A program made the translations under genes and the position numbers. From positions 896,001-960,000 of the forward strand of contig OZ253462.1 of the NCBI GenBank assembly GCA_965261395.1: 64,000 nucleotides of DNA, written 5' to 3'. Origin of the DNA: Candidatus Latescibacterota bacterium (lineage in GTDB: Bacteria > Latescibacterota > UBA2968 > UBA8231). A model generated the notes under the pieces. The model was not told the origin of the DNA, searched no databases, and saw nothing but the letters and a program-made list of their open reading frames with translations. Below are positions 23,234 through 33,860 of the stretch, piece by piece (the stretch's first letter is position 1; every line of letters starts with the position of its first letter).

Positions 23234-25759
23234 ATGCTCGAACAGCAACAAAGCCGGGTCATCCGGGTCAAAATTGAAGAGGAGCTCAAAACCTCCTTCC
23301 TCGACTATTCAATGAGCTTCATCCTGTCGCGCGCCCTACCCGATGTCCGCGATGGTCTCAAGCCATCCCAGCGCCGCATCATGGTAGCGATGAACGACTT
23401 GAGCCTTTTTCCCAACCGCGGCTACCGCAAATGCGCAAAAATCGCCGGCGATACCTCTGGCAACTACCACCCACACGGCGAAGCCATTGTCTATCCGACA
23501 TTAGTGCATATGGCGCAGAATTTTCGCTTGCGTTATCCGCTGGTCCAGGGCCAAGGTAACTTCGGTTCAATTGATGGCTACCCTCCGGCGGCCATGCGCT
23601 ACACGGAGGCGAGGCTGAGCTGGCCGGCGATGGAGCTGCTAACGGATCTCGACAAGAACACGGTCGAATTCGCCAGCAACTACGACGAGACCCAACAAGA
23701 GCCGCTGGTTTTACCGTCTAGGTTTCCCAACCTGATCTGCAACGGCTCAATGGGCATTGCCGTCGGCATGGCCACCAAGATCCCGCCGCACAACCTGCGG
23801 GAAGTCGCCAGTGGCCTCAAGGCGCTGATCGATCATCCGGAGATTTCCATTGCCGAGTTGGTTGAGCACGTCAAAGCTCCAGATTTTCCCACCGGCGGAA
23901 TCATCTACGGCATAAGCGGGGTGCAGCAGGCCTACGCAACGGGCAGGGGGCTGATCTATATCAGAGCGCGGGCGGATATTGAGACCCTCAAGAATGGCCG
24001 CGAGAACATCGTCGTTACCGAGATCCCCTTCTTAGTAAACAAGGCTAGCCTGTTAGAGAAAATCGCCGATCTGGTGCGTGACAAAACCATCGACGGACTT
24101 GCCAATATTCGCGACGAATCAGGCCGCAAGGGTCTGCGCATTGTATTTGAATGCAAAAGGGACGCCCAAGCCGAAGTCGTGCTCAACCAGCTCTATAGCC
24201 ATAGCATGTTGCAGACTACCTACGGGGTTATGATGTTGGCCATTGTCAATGGCCGTCCTGAGACGCTCAATCTCAAGCAGATGCTGCAGCACTACATCGC
24301 TCACCGCCATGACATGATTGTGCGCCGCACACAATTCGACTTGGAGAAGGCCGAAGCTCGGGCGCATATCTTGGAGGGCCTGCGCTTCGCCTTGGACCAC
24401 ATTGACTTAGTCATCGAAACCATCCGCCGCTCGTCGAGTCCAGCAGATGCTCAGGAGCGGCTGGCGGTCATCCGTCCCACGACAGCAGACACGTTGAGTA
24501 TAGAAGCGACTGACGTGCAATTCGAGTTGAGCGAGCGACAGATCCAAGCCATCCTAAGCATGCCGTTGCAGCGCTTGACAGGCTTGGAGCGCGACAAAAT
24601 TGAGGCCGAGTACAAGGGATTGGTAACGACGGTTGAGGATCAGAGGGGCATTCTCGCCAGCGAAGAGCGGCAGATGCAGATCATCAAGGACGAGATCGCT
24701 GAGATCACTGAGCGCTTCGGCGACGAGCGCCGCACCGAGATCGTCTATTCAGCCGAGGAATTTGACATTGAGGACTTGATTGCCGAAGAGGACATGGTCG
24801 TCACCATCTCGCGCAGTGGCTATATCAAGCGCCTACCCCCTAGGGCCTACCGAGTACAGAATCGCGGCGGTCGAGGGGTGACGGGTATGAAGACCAAGGA
24901 AGAGGACTTTGTCGAACACCTCTTCGTGGCTTCGACCCACTCCTATATCATGTTCTTGACTGCCAAGGGCAAGTGTTATTGGCTCAAGGTCTTTCGCATA
25001 CCCGAAGGTGACCGCACGGCTCAAGGGCGGTCGATAGCCAACCTATTGCCGCTTGGCCAAGACGACCAGATATGCGCCATCGTACCAGTCCGAGAGTTCT
25101 CCGACGATCAGTACTTGTTCACGGCTACGCGCAACGGCATTGTCAAGAAGACCAGGCTCTCGGCCTATCAGAATATCCGCCGCGACGGGATCATCGCCCT
25201 GAAGATCCAAGACGACGACGACCTTATTGGGGCGGCCATCACCGACGGACGGCAGGATATTGCCCTGTTGACGCGCAACGGCCAAGCCATGCGCTTTAGC
25301 GAAAGCGAAGTCCGCGCTATGGGCCGGGTTTCTACGGGCGTTAAAGGAATTAGCTTTCGCCAAGGGGATGAGGTTGTGGACATGGTCGTAGTGCGCGAAA
25401 TCAGTACCTTGCTAACCATCTGCGAAAACGGCTATGGCAAGCGCACGAGCCAGACTGAGTACCCCAGCAAGCATCGCGGCGGCCAGGGCGTCATCGACAT
25501 CAAGACCCCCCCACGCAACGGCCCCGTAGTGGCCTGTAGGGAGATCCAAGACGAAGAGGAGGTCATGGTGGTGACCCAAAACGGTATTATGATCCGCATT
25601 TCCGTACAAGGGCTATCCACCATTGGGCGCAATACCCAAGGAGTTAGGGTCATCAATCTGGACGAGGGGGACCGAGTTATCGACATGGCCCCGCTGCCCC
25701 GTAGCGAGGAGGAGAATGGCTGGGAAAACGGCGCGGCTGATGAGGAGGCATCGGGTTGA
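23234..25759 (+). CDS. gyrA: DNA gyrase subunit A
   Basis: [24 protein letters not shown] (catalytic Tyr), GyrA-box QNRGGRG, C-terminal pinwheel repeats. Confidence 0.98.
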   Translation: MLEQQQSRVIRVKIEEELKTSFLDYSMSFILSRALPDVRDGLKPSQRRIMVAMNDLSLFPNRGYRKCAKIAGDTSGNYHPHGEAIVYPTLVHMAQNFRLRYPLVQGQGNFGSIDGYPPAAMRYTEARLSWPAMELLTDLDKNTVEFASNYDETQQEPLVLPSRFPNLICNGSMGIAVGMATKIPPHNLREVASGLKALIDHPEISIAELVEHVKAPDFPTGGIIYGISGVQQAYATGRGLIYIRARADIETLKNGRENIVVTEIPFLVNKASLLEKIADLVRDKTIDGLANIRDESGRKGLRIVFECKRDAQAEVVLNQLYSHSMLQTTYGVMMLAIVNGRPETLNLKQMLQHYIAHRHDMIVRRTQFDLEKAEARAHILEGLRFALDHIDLVIETIRRSSSPADAQERLAVIRPTTADTLSIEATDVQFELSERQIQAILSMPLQRLTGLERDKIEAEYKGLVTTVEDQRGILASEERQMQIIKDEIAEITERFGDERRTEIVYSAEEFDIEDLIAEEDMVVTISRSGYIKRLPPRAYRVQNRGGRGVTGMKTKEEDFVEHLFVASTHSYIMFLTAKGKCYWLKVFRIPEGDRTAQGRSIANLLPLGQDDQICAIVPVREFSDDQYLFTATRNGIVKKTRLSAYQNIRRDGIIALKIQDDDDLIGAAITDGRQDIALLTRNGQAMRFSESEVRAMGRVSTGVKGISFRQGDEVVDMVVVREISTLLTICENGYGKRTSQTEYPSKHRGGQGVIDIKTPPRNGPVVACREIQDEEEVMVVTQNGIMIRISVQGLSTIGRNTQGVRVINLDEGDRVIDMAPLPRSEEENGWENGAADEEASG

Positions 25760-25784
25760 CCTAAGATAGGGCCTCGTGTATATT
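25756..25784 (+). promoter_or_regulatory. Sigma70-type promoter of the tRNA cluster
   Basis: TTGACC-17 nt-TATATT shortly upstream of tRNA-Ser. Confidence 0.65.
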
Positions 25785-25800
25785 TCTCTCCTTGAGAAAA

Positions 25801-25887
25801 GGAGGGTTAGACCTAATTGGTAAGGCAGCGGTCTTGAAAACCGCCGGGCTTACGCCCTTGAGGGTTCGAGTCCCTCACCCTCCGCCA
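25801..25887 (+). tRNA. tRNA-Ser(TGA)
   Basis: GGAGGGT acceptor, anticodon arm GCGGT-CTTGAAA-ACCGC, long variable arm, GTTCGAGTC, 3' GCCA. Confidence 0.95.
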
Positions 25888-25966
25888 GTTTACCCATTTG
25901 GTGCCGCCACAATCCCATCCTTTTGAGCGGTGGGAGCACGTCAAAAGTTTATTTTGCAATGGTCGC

Positions 25967-26060
<94 letters not shown>

Positions 26061-26072
26061 ATTTGCGTTCGT

Positions 26073-26148
26073 TGCCCTCTAGCACAATTGGAAGTGCGCC
26101 TGACTCTGGATCAGGAGGTTCTAGGTTCGAGCCCTAGGAGGGCAGCCA
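26073..26148 (+). tRNA. tRNA-Gln(CTG)
   Basis: TGCCCTC/GAGGGCA acceptor, anticodon arm CCTGA-CTCTGGA-TCAGG, GTTCGAG, 3' GCCA. Confidence 0.93.
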
Positions 26149-26151
26149 ACC

Positions 26152-26189
26152 GGCTCCTGAAGGGAATGCTTCAGGAGCCTTCTTCTTTT
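26152..26189 (+). terminator. Rho-independent terminator after the tRNA cluster
   Basis: GGCTCCTGAAG-6 nt-CTTCAGGAGCC followed by TTCTTCTTTT. Confidence 0.85.
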
Positions 26190-26251
26190 GGCCTAGATCC
26201 TGCCAAATTATCCACGCATTTAGTCTCTCGTCTCTGCATTATCTCACGCCG

Positions 26252-27391
26252 ATGAGTACCCGCATCAGAGAACAACAGCTTGCTTGGGGCCTCCTTGCGC
26301 CAGCACTTGTCGTACTGGGCGCGTTTGGACTCTTCCCTATTGGCTACGCCTTGTACGTCAGCCTGCACAAGTGGCGGATCAAGAAGGAGGCTGTGGTTGG
26401 ATTCGACCACTATGTCCGCGCCGTGGGCGACTCGCAGTACCTGCTGCCCTTCGTCGCCGGGATGGGCCTCGTCTGGGCGGCCTATCGCCTGCGTACCAAG
26501 TTATCCGAGCGCGGTCTGCGCCCCCTTTATGTCTGCATCGCTTGGGGCGCAGTCGCACTATCGGGGCTTTGGTTGGGATTGGCTCAGGGCTTGGGTAGCC
26601 TAGTCGAGACGGGCGATCCAGCGCTTTACAATGGCTTCAAGGTCACGTTTTTCTACGCGGTTGGGACGATCCCGTGCCAACTGAGCTTGGCTACCGGATT
26701 AGCGTATTTACTCTTCAAGATCACACGGGCTAGCGGCGCGTTTCGCACGCTGTTTTTTTTACCCTATGTCACGCCGGTTATCGCCTCAGCCGTGGTTTTT
26801 CGCACCATCTTTAGCCCGCACCCGTCCTCGCTGGCCAACCGCTTCTGGAGCCTTTGGGGTTTGGAGAATCAGCGCTGGCTGCACGAGAGCAAGTCCGTCG
26901 TCGCCCTGTTGTTACAAGGGGCCGGTTTTGCTTCTTACCCCGCGTGGGTGGACAGCGTCTTCCCGAGCCTAGCCCTGACCTCGATCATCCTCTACAATAT
27001 TTGGGTCTATGTCGGCTATGACACGGTGATTTTACTGGCCGGTCTCAGTGCTATACCCAAGCAATACTATGAGGCCGCCGAGATGGACGGGGCTGGCGAG
27101 TGGCAAGCCTTCCGCCACATTACCTTACCCCTAGTCTCACCCACCTTGTTTTTTTTGTCGATGGTGGCCGTCATTGGGACCTTCAAAGCCTTTAACCACG
27201 TGTATATCATGCGGACTGCGGGTGCCCGCGACTCGGTCGATGTGCTCAGTATTGCCATTTTTGACCAAGTTTTTGAGTACCACAACGCCGGCTATGCCTC
27301 GGCGATGGCCTTTGTGCTCTTCGTCGCGATTTTGGCGCTGACGCTGCTGCAAAACCGGGTACTCGGCAGGCGGGTGTTTTATGGCGACTAG
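26252..27391 (+). CDS. Carbohydrate ABC transporter permease (MalF/UgpA-like)
   Basis: FRTLFFLPYVTP, EAA loop YYEAAEMDGA, GYASAMA. Confidence 0.92.
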   Translation: MSTRIREQQLAWGLLAPALVVLGAFGLFPIGYALYVSLHKWRIKKEAVVGFDHYVRAVGDSQYLLPFVAGMGLVWAAYRLRTKLSERGLRPLYVCIAWGAVALSGLWLGLAQGLGSLVETGDPALYNGFKVTFFYAVGTIPCQLSLATGLAYLLFKITRASGAFRTLFFLPYVTPVIASAVVFRTIFSPHPSSLANRFWSLWGLENQRWLHESKSVVALLLQGAGFASYPAWVDSVFPSLALTSIILYNIWVYVGYDTVILLAGLSAIPKQYYEAAEMDGAGEWQAFRHITLPLVSPTLFFLSMVAVIGTFKAFNHVYIMRTAGARDSVDVLSIAIFDQVFEYHNAGYASAMAFVLFVAILALTLLQNRVLGRRVFYGD

Positions 27392-28217
27392 GAGCGGCCA
27401 AGCTAGGCTGATCTACTGTGGCTTGAGCTTGGGGGGGCTGGCCGCGGGCGTTCCGTTCGCGTGGATGCTGTTGGCCTCTTTTATGAGCCGCGGCGAATCG
27501 CTGCGGCGGGTCTTGCTGCCCGAGCGCGTCCAATGGGACAATTATATCGAAGCGTGGCAAGAGGCGGACTTTGGTCTCTACTTTGAGAATTCGCTGATCA
27601 TCGCCGTCCTACAGGTCAGCGGGACCCTGCTTTTCTCGCTGATGGCGGCGTACCCGCTGGCGCGGATGCAGTTCCGCGGACGAGATGCGGTATTTACCGG
27701 CGTCTTGGCTACGCTGATGATCCCCGAGGCCGTGACCATCGTGCCGAATTTTCTCGTCGTGACTTGGCTGCACCGCAATACGCCGTTTGCCTGGCTCAAT
27801 AGCTGGCCTGCCCTGACTATTCCCTTTATGGCTAGTGCTTTTAGCATTTTTCTTTTGCGTCAGTTTATGCGTGGCCTGCCCAACGAACTGTGGGATGCGG
27901 CCCGGATTGAGGGAGCCGGCCATGTGCGCTTTCTGTTTCAGATCGCGGTACCCCTGTGCCGGGCACCACTCTTGACGGTCGGCATGTTTACGTTTATTGG
28001 TTCCTGGAACGCTTTGGCTTGGCCCTTACTAGTGACCAATACGCCGGATTGGCGTCCGATCGCCGTGGGTTTGCAGCAGTTTGCCAGTGAGGCCGGGACC
28101 GAGATCCACCTACAAATGGCTGGGGCCGTCATTGCGACTCTTCCCGTACTCTTGGCGTATTTTCTCATCCAGCGAGAATTCACCGAAGGCATTTCCATAT
28201 CTGGACTTAAAGGATAA
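27381..28217 (+). CDS. Carbohydrate ABC transporter permease (MalG/UgpE-like)
   Basis: AAYPLARMQFRGR, IFLLRQF, DAARIEGA, WPLLV. Confidence 0.92.
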   Translation: MATRSGQARLIYCGLSLGGLAAGVPFAWMLLASFMSRGESLRRVLLPERVQWDNYIEAWQEADFGLYFENSLIIAVLQVSGTLLFSLMAAYPLARMQFRGRDAVFTGVLATLMIPEAVTIVPNFLVVTWLHRNTPFAWLNSWPALTIPFMASAFSIFLLRQFMRGLPNELWDAARIEGAGHVRFLFQIAVPLCRAPLLTVGMFTFIGSWNALAWPLLVTNTPDWRPIAVGLQQFASEAGTEIHLQMAGAVIATLPVLLAYFLIQREFTEGISISGLKG

Positions 28218-28221
28218 CGCG

Positions 28222-29544
28222 ATGAAACCGAAAAGTGTGCTGACGTTGGTTTGGTGCGCCTTACTGGGAGCCTGTGGCGGCCAGCAAGAAGCCGTTTACG
28301 AGCAGCAGATCAGTCTCGAAAACCTCGACCCGCAAGGACAGAAAATCGTCTTTTGGTATCAACACACCGGCCAGCGCGGAGATGCCCTGCAAGCGCTGAT
28401 TGCCGACTTTAACCAGACGAACCGCTATGGAATTGAGATTCGCGGCGAGTACATGGGTCGTTATGGGGACATCTACAACAAGATGAACGTGGGTATCCAG
28501 AGCGGTTCACTGGCCGCCAGCTTGGTCGTAGCCTACCAAAACCAAGCCCGAGCCTACTATCAAGCCGATGGCATAGTGGATATAACGCCCTATATGGATT
28601 CGCCCAAATGGGGATTGTCGCCAGAAGAGCGCAGCGACTACGTCCAAGCGTTTCTGGAGCAGGACAATCTCGGCGGAGTGCAGATTGGCTTCCCGCCGAA
28701 TCGCTCAATGGAGCTGCTCTACTACAATGTCGATTGGTTGCGCGAGCTGGGCTACGACGGGCCACCGGCGACGTGGGACGACTTTGCCGCGATGTGCCGC
28801 CTAGCCAAAGAGCAACCTTTTAGCAAAAACGAAAACCCCGCGCGCAGTTTGGGTTTTTTGCTCGATGTGGACGCCAGCCGATTCGCCGCAATGGTCTTCA
28901 GCCGCGGCGGCGACCTAGTAGATGCGACCGGCACTGCCTATGCGCTGGACTCGCCCGAAGTTAAAGCAGTACTGGAACTGCTACAGGAGCTAGCACGGGA
29001 CGGCGCAATAGACATCGCTGGCGAACGGGACGTCGAGGTAAACGAGTTCGTCACCGGTCAGATTCTCTTCTCTCAGGATTCTTCCTCTGGGATGCCCTTT
29101 TACAAGAGTGGCATTGAGGACTCTGGGCTGGACTTCGAGTGGGGAGTAACCCATCCGCCGCAGACTGGCTCTAAGCCGGTCGTTGACGTGTACGGGGCCA
29201 GCGTGTCGATCTGCACTGGTACGCCGGAAAAGCAGCTGGCGGCTTGGCTTTTCCTCAAGTGGTTTACTGCCCCACAGCAACAAGCGCGGTGGGTGCGGGC
29301 AAGCAATTACTTTCCCGTGCGCAAGAGTACGGCGCAGGAGCTGGAAAGCTACTTCGAGGAAAACCCGCACTATGGAGTGGCATTTAGCATGTTGGACTAC
29401 GGGAAATCAGAGCCGACGATGGCAGGTTACGAACAGGTGCGGCGCTTGATTCGAGAGGCGATGATAGGGGCGATAGAAGGCGAGGACGTCGAACGGGTGG
29501 TAGAGGAGTTGCAACGCGCAGCGAATCAGACGCTTGAGCCATAG
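28222..29544 (+). CDS. ABC transporter sugar-binding lipoprotein (SBP_bac_1/8, UgpB-like)
   Basis: ATG 28222, lipobox LGAC, LYYNVDWL, PATWDDF, AAWLFLKWF. Confidence 0.88.
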   Translation: MKPKSVLTLVWCALLGACGGQQEAVYEQQISLENLDPQGQKIVFWYQHTGQRGDALQALIADFNQTNRYGIEIRGEYMGRYGDIYNKMNVGIQSGSLAASLVVAYQNQARAYYQADGIVDITPYMDSPKWGLSPEERSDYVQAFLEQDNLGGVQIGFPPNRSMELLYYNVDWLRELGYDGPPATWDDFAAMCRLAKEQPFSKNENPARSLGFLLDVDASRFAAMVFSRGGDLVDATGTAYALDSPEVKAVLELLQELARDGAIDIAGERDVEVNEFVTGQILFSQDSSSGMPFYKSGIEDSGLDFEWGVTHPPQTGSKPVVDVYGASVSICTGTPEKQLAAWLFLKWFTAPQQQARWVRASNYFPVRKSTAQELESYFEENPHYGVAFSMLDYGKSEPTMAGYEQVRRLIREAMIGAIEGEDVERVVEELQRAANQTLEP

Positions 29545-29567
29545 GCGAAAAGGAGAGTCAGTGTAAA

Positions 29568-30926
29568 ATGGCCGGAGACAATAAAAAACCAAACGTTATC
29601 GTCTTTTTCACAGACCAACAGCGCTGGGACACAACGGGGCTACACGGCAATCCGATGGGCCTTACGCCGCATCTCGATCGCTTGGCTCGCGAGTACACTC
29701 ACGCGGCGCATTCCTTTACGTGCCAGCCCGTCTGCGGCCCGGCGCGCTCCTGTCTGCAAACGGGTCTCTACGCCACGACCACAGGCTGTTATCGCAACGG
29801 CATTCCCTTACCCGAGGACAGCCAGACCCTCGCCCACTACTTTGCTGCGACAGGTTACGACACCGGATATATAGGCAAGTGGCATCTACACGAGCGTGGG
29901 ACTACCGGCCCAGTGCCGGCAGCGGACCGCTTTGGCTATCAGCACTGGTTGGCGTCGAATGTTCTCGAGTTTACTTCCGACGCCTATAGTACGGTCCTCT
30001 ACGACAATGACGACCAACCCGTTCGCTTACCCGGTTATCGAGTGGATGCGGTCACGGATGCCGCAATCCGCTACGTGGATGCGCACCAAGATCGTCCTTT
30101 CTTCCTTTTCATATCCTACATTGAACCTCATCACCAGAACCACTTGGACGACTATCCGCCCCCCGATGGCTATCGGGAAACCTATACCGGAGGCTGGATT
30201 CCGCCCGATCTAGCGGCACTGGCCGGCTCGACTCATCAGCACTTGGGTGGCTATTACGGGATGGTCAAGCGGCTTGATGAAGCCTATGGCCGCCTGCACG
30301 ACGCGCTCAAGAGTCTGGAGCTGGATGACGACACGATAGTGCTCTTTACTTCGGATCATGGCTGTCATTTCAAGACGCGCAACAACGAGTACAAGCGCTC
30401 TTGCCACGAAAGCTCGATCCGCGTGCCGACGGTTTTGACCGGCCCTGGTTTTCGCGGCGGCCAATTGCAAGAACTGATTAGCTTAATCGACCTGCCGCCA
30501 ACGCTCTTGGATGCGGCTGGCTTGGAAATTCCCGATCAGATGCAGGGCCGCTCGCTCATGCCGCTTTTGCGCGGTGGAGTAGCCGATTGGCCCACAGAGG
30601 TCTTCGTGCAGATCAGCGAAGCCCAAGTGGGGCGGGCCGTTCGCACCCGTCGGTGGAAATACGGGGTGGATGCTCCAGACGGGAGCGGAAGAGATATAGC
30701 AGGAGCCGATCACTACGAGGAGCAGTACCTGTACGATCTGCAGGTTGACCCCTATGAGCTGAACAACCTAGTCGGCCTTGAGTCGCACCGAGAAGTGGCC
30801 CAAGTAATGAAGGAACGGCTCTTGAGACGCATGGAAGAAGCCGGAGAGGCTCGCCCCTACGTCAAAGAGGCCGAGCAGCGCCGCTCTGGCCAGCGGAAGG
30901 TCAGGCATGAGGAAGCGCGCTCCTAG
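29568..30926 (+). CDS. Sulfatase (FGly-dependent, Cys type)
   Basis: FTDQQR, CGPARS (CxPxR), GKWH, FTSDHG. Confidence 0.93.
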   Translation: MAGDNKKPNVIVFFTDQQRWDTTGLHGNPMGLTPHLDRLAREYTHAAHSFTCQPVCGPARSCLQTGLYATTTGCYRNGIPLPEDSQTLAHYFAATGYDTGYIGKWHLHERGTTGPVPAADRFGYQHWLASNVLEFTSDAYSTVLYDNDDQPVRLPGYRVDAVTDAAIRYVDAHQDRPFFLFISYIEPHHQNHLDDYPPPDGYRETYTGGWIPPDLAALAGSTHQHLGGYYGMVKRLDEAYGRLHDALKSLELDDDTIVLFTSDHGCHFKTRNNEYKRSCHESSIRVPTVLTGPGFRGGQLQELISLIDLPPTLLDAAGLEIPDQMQGRSLMPLLRGGVADWPTEVFVQISEAQVGRAVRTRRWKYGVDAPDGSGRDIAGADHYEEQYLYDLQVDPYELNNLVGLESHREVAQVMKERLLRRMEEAGEARPYVKEAEQRRSGQRKVRHEEARS

Positions 30927-30934
30927 TCGGCAAT

Positions 30935-32047
30935 TTAGTTCTGCTGTTGGGGCAGTAGCGGCTGATGAGTAGAGTCCAGCTTTTCGCGCAGCGATTGAAG
31001 CTCAAATAGCCGCTTGACAACCAAAGAGATAGAGCGAGCGAACTCGCCCAATATGGTCGTTAGCCGTTCGGGGTGCCTAGGCCCGCCCATGGGTAGCCCT
31101 AGGCCTAGCATACCCTGTGCAAAGGGCTTGTCGATCAGCAGTCCGGGGCGATATATCGAGTCGGGGAAGATTTCTTGAGTCATCTGGCGAGAATCCTCGT
31201 CGGCCTCGCGTTCCCAGACCTTGTCGCGGTGCCAGTGGCTAACTAACCTTGGCAGGGAGGCAAAGTGACCGAGCGATTCTTGGAGATTTACCGCGTTTTG
31301 TAAGGAGTGGTAACCACGCGCTGCGGAATAGGCGCGATAGCAAGCAAAGAGGTTTCTTTGTTCGTCGATGACCTGTAGGTCAACCGCCTCGAATTGAACC
31401 CCCAAAGCCTCTAGCTCGTCGCCGATAATGCGCACGACTGTGCCTAGATCGCGCACTTTTTCAGCTTCGCAACCAGCTTGCAAGACGCGGAAGGCCCCTT
31501 GCTGACAGCAGTGAGCGGTAATGTCGCGCGCAATGGCCAAGCGCGCTTTTTCGCTGATGTTGACGTTGGTGATCTCGATGGGGAGAAAGCTGCCGTCACT
31601 GTGCACCATGAGTGCCTCATAGGCATTGGACGAGCCGCTGGCGACCATGTGCCGGGCTGTGGGACGGGACTGGGGAGCGAATATTAGCTCAATGCCGTCT
31701 TTGGCTAGCAATTCTTCCCCGCGATAACCTAATAGGTCGGCCAAGGTCTGACTGATGAAGAGCAAGTGCCCGTTCTCGTGGATGACAAAGGCGTTGAGGG
31801 TCTCGGCGATTTGATGCAAGCAGTCTTTGTGGGCTCGAGCTAAGCTCCCATTGTCGTCCATTAGGGAGTCTGTCGAGACGCCGAGAGAATCAGCTAAACT
31901 TTTTAGAGCCGACGAACCCGGCTGGCGCACTCGGCCGGTTTCAATGCGGGAGATAGTGGCTTGGGAGACCCCGGAGCGATCTGAGAGGTCTTTCTGGTTG
32001 AGCGATTGTTTCTGTCGCAACTCTTTTAGGTTGCGTCCTAAGGACAT
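30935..32047 (-). CDS. XRE-family HTH regulator with PAS domain and GAF-like C-terminus
   Basis: LNQKDLSDRSGVSQATISRIETG (HTH_XRE); LLGYRGEELL...HSDGSFLPIEI...ARDIT (PAS/PAC). Confidence 0.8.
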   Translation of the reverse strand: MSLGRNLKELRQKQSLNQKDLSDRSGVSQATISRIETGRVRQPGSSALKSLADSLGVSTDSLMDDNGSLARAHKDCLHQIAETLNAFVIHENGHLLFISQTLADLLGYRGEELLAKDGIELIFAPQSRPTARHMVASGSSNAYEALMVHSDGSFLPIEITNVNISEKARLAIARDITAHCCQQGAFRVLQAGCEAEKVRDLGTVVRIIGDELEALGVQFEAVDLQVIDEQRNLFACYRAYSAARGYHSLQNAVNLQESLGHFASLPRLVSHWHRDKVWEREADEDSRQMTQEIFPDSIYRPGLLIDKPFAQGMLGLGLPMGGPRHPERLTTILGEFARSISLVVKRLFELQSLREKLDSTHQPLLPQQQN

Positions 32048-32168
32048 GGGCTGCTCCTATAATGGGGATATAAAACACAGGGTATTTGATATGTAAATAA
32101 TATGGCACGAAGCGGCTGATTTCCAAAATGGAAGGCGATAAAAACAAAACGTACACAAGGGGTTACGT

Positions 32169-33221
32169 ATGAAAATAACCGAAGTGCGGTCAATTTATCC
32201 CCGCTATCGCGTCGCGCCTGCTGCTTGGCGCCGGCACTTCTGGCAGATGGTCGTACGCATAGATACGGATGTCGGCGTCAGCGGCTGGGGAGCGGGTGGC
32301 GGTGGGATTGCTGCCGTAGAGGTGATCAACCGCCACCTGCGCGAGTTGCTGGTGGGGCGCAGCATCAACAGCATTGAAGATGTCGCCCATCTCTGGGACG
32401 ACCAGTACAAGGCCAGCTTGCCCTACGGCCGCAGCGGGATCGCCGTCATGGCCATCAGCGGTGTGGATCTAGCGCTGTGGGATGTCTTGGGTCGGGCAGA
32501 AGGAAAGTCCGTCTGCGACCTGCTAGGTGGTCCGCAGCGGGACGAGGTGCGGGCCTACGCCACTGGCCCAGATTGCGCTTGGTATCGCGACTTGGGCTTT
32601 AGTGCCCATAAGTCTTCGCAGACGCGGCAAGGAAGCCAAGTCGCAGATGCGGCGCGCATACTTGAGTGGGCCGAAGGGGCGCGCCAGATCTTGGGCGGAG
32701 ACGCGCTCTTGATGATCGACGCCTATATGTCGTGGTCGCCCGACTTTGCCTTGGCCGTAGCGCAGCAACTCGCGCCATTCGACATATACTGGTTTGAAGA
32801 CGTGCTGCTGCCCGACGACCTAGGAGGTTTGGCGGCGTTGCGTCCGCAGATTCAACCCATCTTGTTGGCTGGCGGCGAACACGAATTCACCGCACGGGAC
32901 TTCGGTCACATCGCCAGCGCGCGGGCACTGGACTTGTGGCAACCGGACATCACTTGGTGCGGTGGTTTGACGGCGACGCTGCGCATTGCCAAGCTCGCTC
33001 AAGCCCACGGCGTCCCCGTGGTGCCTCACCGCGGCGGCGAGATTTGGGGTCTGCACTTTTTGGCGGCTGGCTACGGCGACAATTTGGCCGAAATGGTGAT
33101 GGGCAGGCGCGGTGAGGTGCGCGACAAGCTGTGGCTAGGTGAGCGGCAACCGCAGGAGGGGTGCTTGGTACTGCCCGAGGGCCCGGGATTTGGCGTCCAA
33201 GTAAACGAGGAGCTGCTATAG
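32169..33221 (+). CDS. Mandelate racemase/enolase superfamily (acid-sugar dehydratase-like)
   Basis: AISGVDLALWD, MIDAY, WFED, GEHE, QPDITWCGG, GPGFG. Confidence 0.88.
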   Translation: MKITEVRSIYPRYRVAPAAWRRHFWQMVVRIDTDVGVSGWGAGGGGIAAVEVINRHLRELLVGRSINSIEDVAHLWDDQYKASLPYGRSGIAVMAISGVDLALWDVLGRAEGKSVCDLLGGPQRDEVRAYATGPDCAWYRDLGFSAHKSSQTRQGSQVADAARILEWAEGARQILGGDALLMIDAYMSWSPDFALAVAQQLAPFDIYWFEDVLLPDDLGGLAALRPQIQPILLAGGEHEFTARDFGHIASARALDLWQPDITWCGGLTATLRIAKLAQAHGVPVVPHRGGEIWGLHFLAAGYGDNLAEMVMGRRGEVRDKLWLGERQPQEGCLVLPEGPGFGVQVNEELL

Positions 33222-33257
33222 GTTTCTCTAGACGGCCTATCGTCGAGAATCCCGTCG

Positions 33258-33842
33258 CTACTCTTTAACAGCCAGAGATAATAGGTACGTCCCCCGCTGT
33301 TTAATCTTTTTGTAGTTGCCGAATACTTCCTTAAAATTGCGCTTGATGTACTCCTTGAGCCCGGCAATGGTGACGACCCACAGGTGTCCGCCCGGCTCGA
33401 GGCGGGCGCAGGCGTCGTGCATGATGAGCGTGAGGAGTTCGTTGCCTGTTTTCGCGGGCAAGTTGGAGGCGATGATGTCAAAGCGCAGGTGTGCGGGCAC
33501 GTGGCTGAAGGCATTGCTCAAATAGGCGCGACAATTGGTTAGCCCGTTGCGTTCGGCGTTTTGCGCCGCGTAGTCGACGGCGACAAAGTCCTTGTCGATC
33601 AGATGGACCTCGCCCTCGGGGCAGAGATAACCCAGAGACAAGCCAATCGGACCATATCCACATCCTAAGTCGAGGCAGCGGTCGGCAGGCCCGGCTTTGA
33701 TATGCTCGATGAGCAGCCGCGTACCAGGGTCAATGCGTTTGGGGTTGAAAAGGCCCCAAGTGGAGTGGAAGGTAAAAGCTCGCCCCCTGATGGTCTCTTC
33801 AAATACAATGTCTTCGCGCAGTCGGCTTATATCAACGGGCAT
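33258..33842 (-). CDS. Small class I SAM methyltransferase (MTS, RsmC-like)
   Basis: WGLFNPKRIDPGTRLL, LDLGCGYGPIG, SNLP. Confidence 0.85.
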   Translation of the reverse strand: MPVDISRLREDIVFEETIRGRAFTFHSTWGLFNPKRIDPGTRLLIEHIKAGPADRCLDLGCGYGPIGLSLGYLCPEGEVHLIDKDFVAVDYAAQNAERNGLTNCRAYLSNAFSHVPAHLRFDIIASNLPAKTGNELLTLIMHDACARLEPGGHLWVVTIAGLKEYIKRNFKEVFGNYKKIKQRGTYLLSLAVKE

Positions 33843-33860
33843 CGAAAATCGCGGCTAGGC

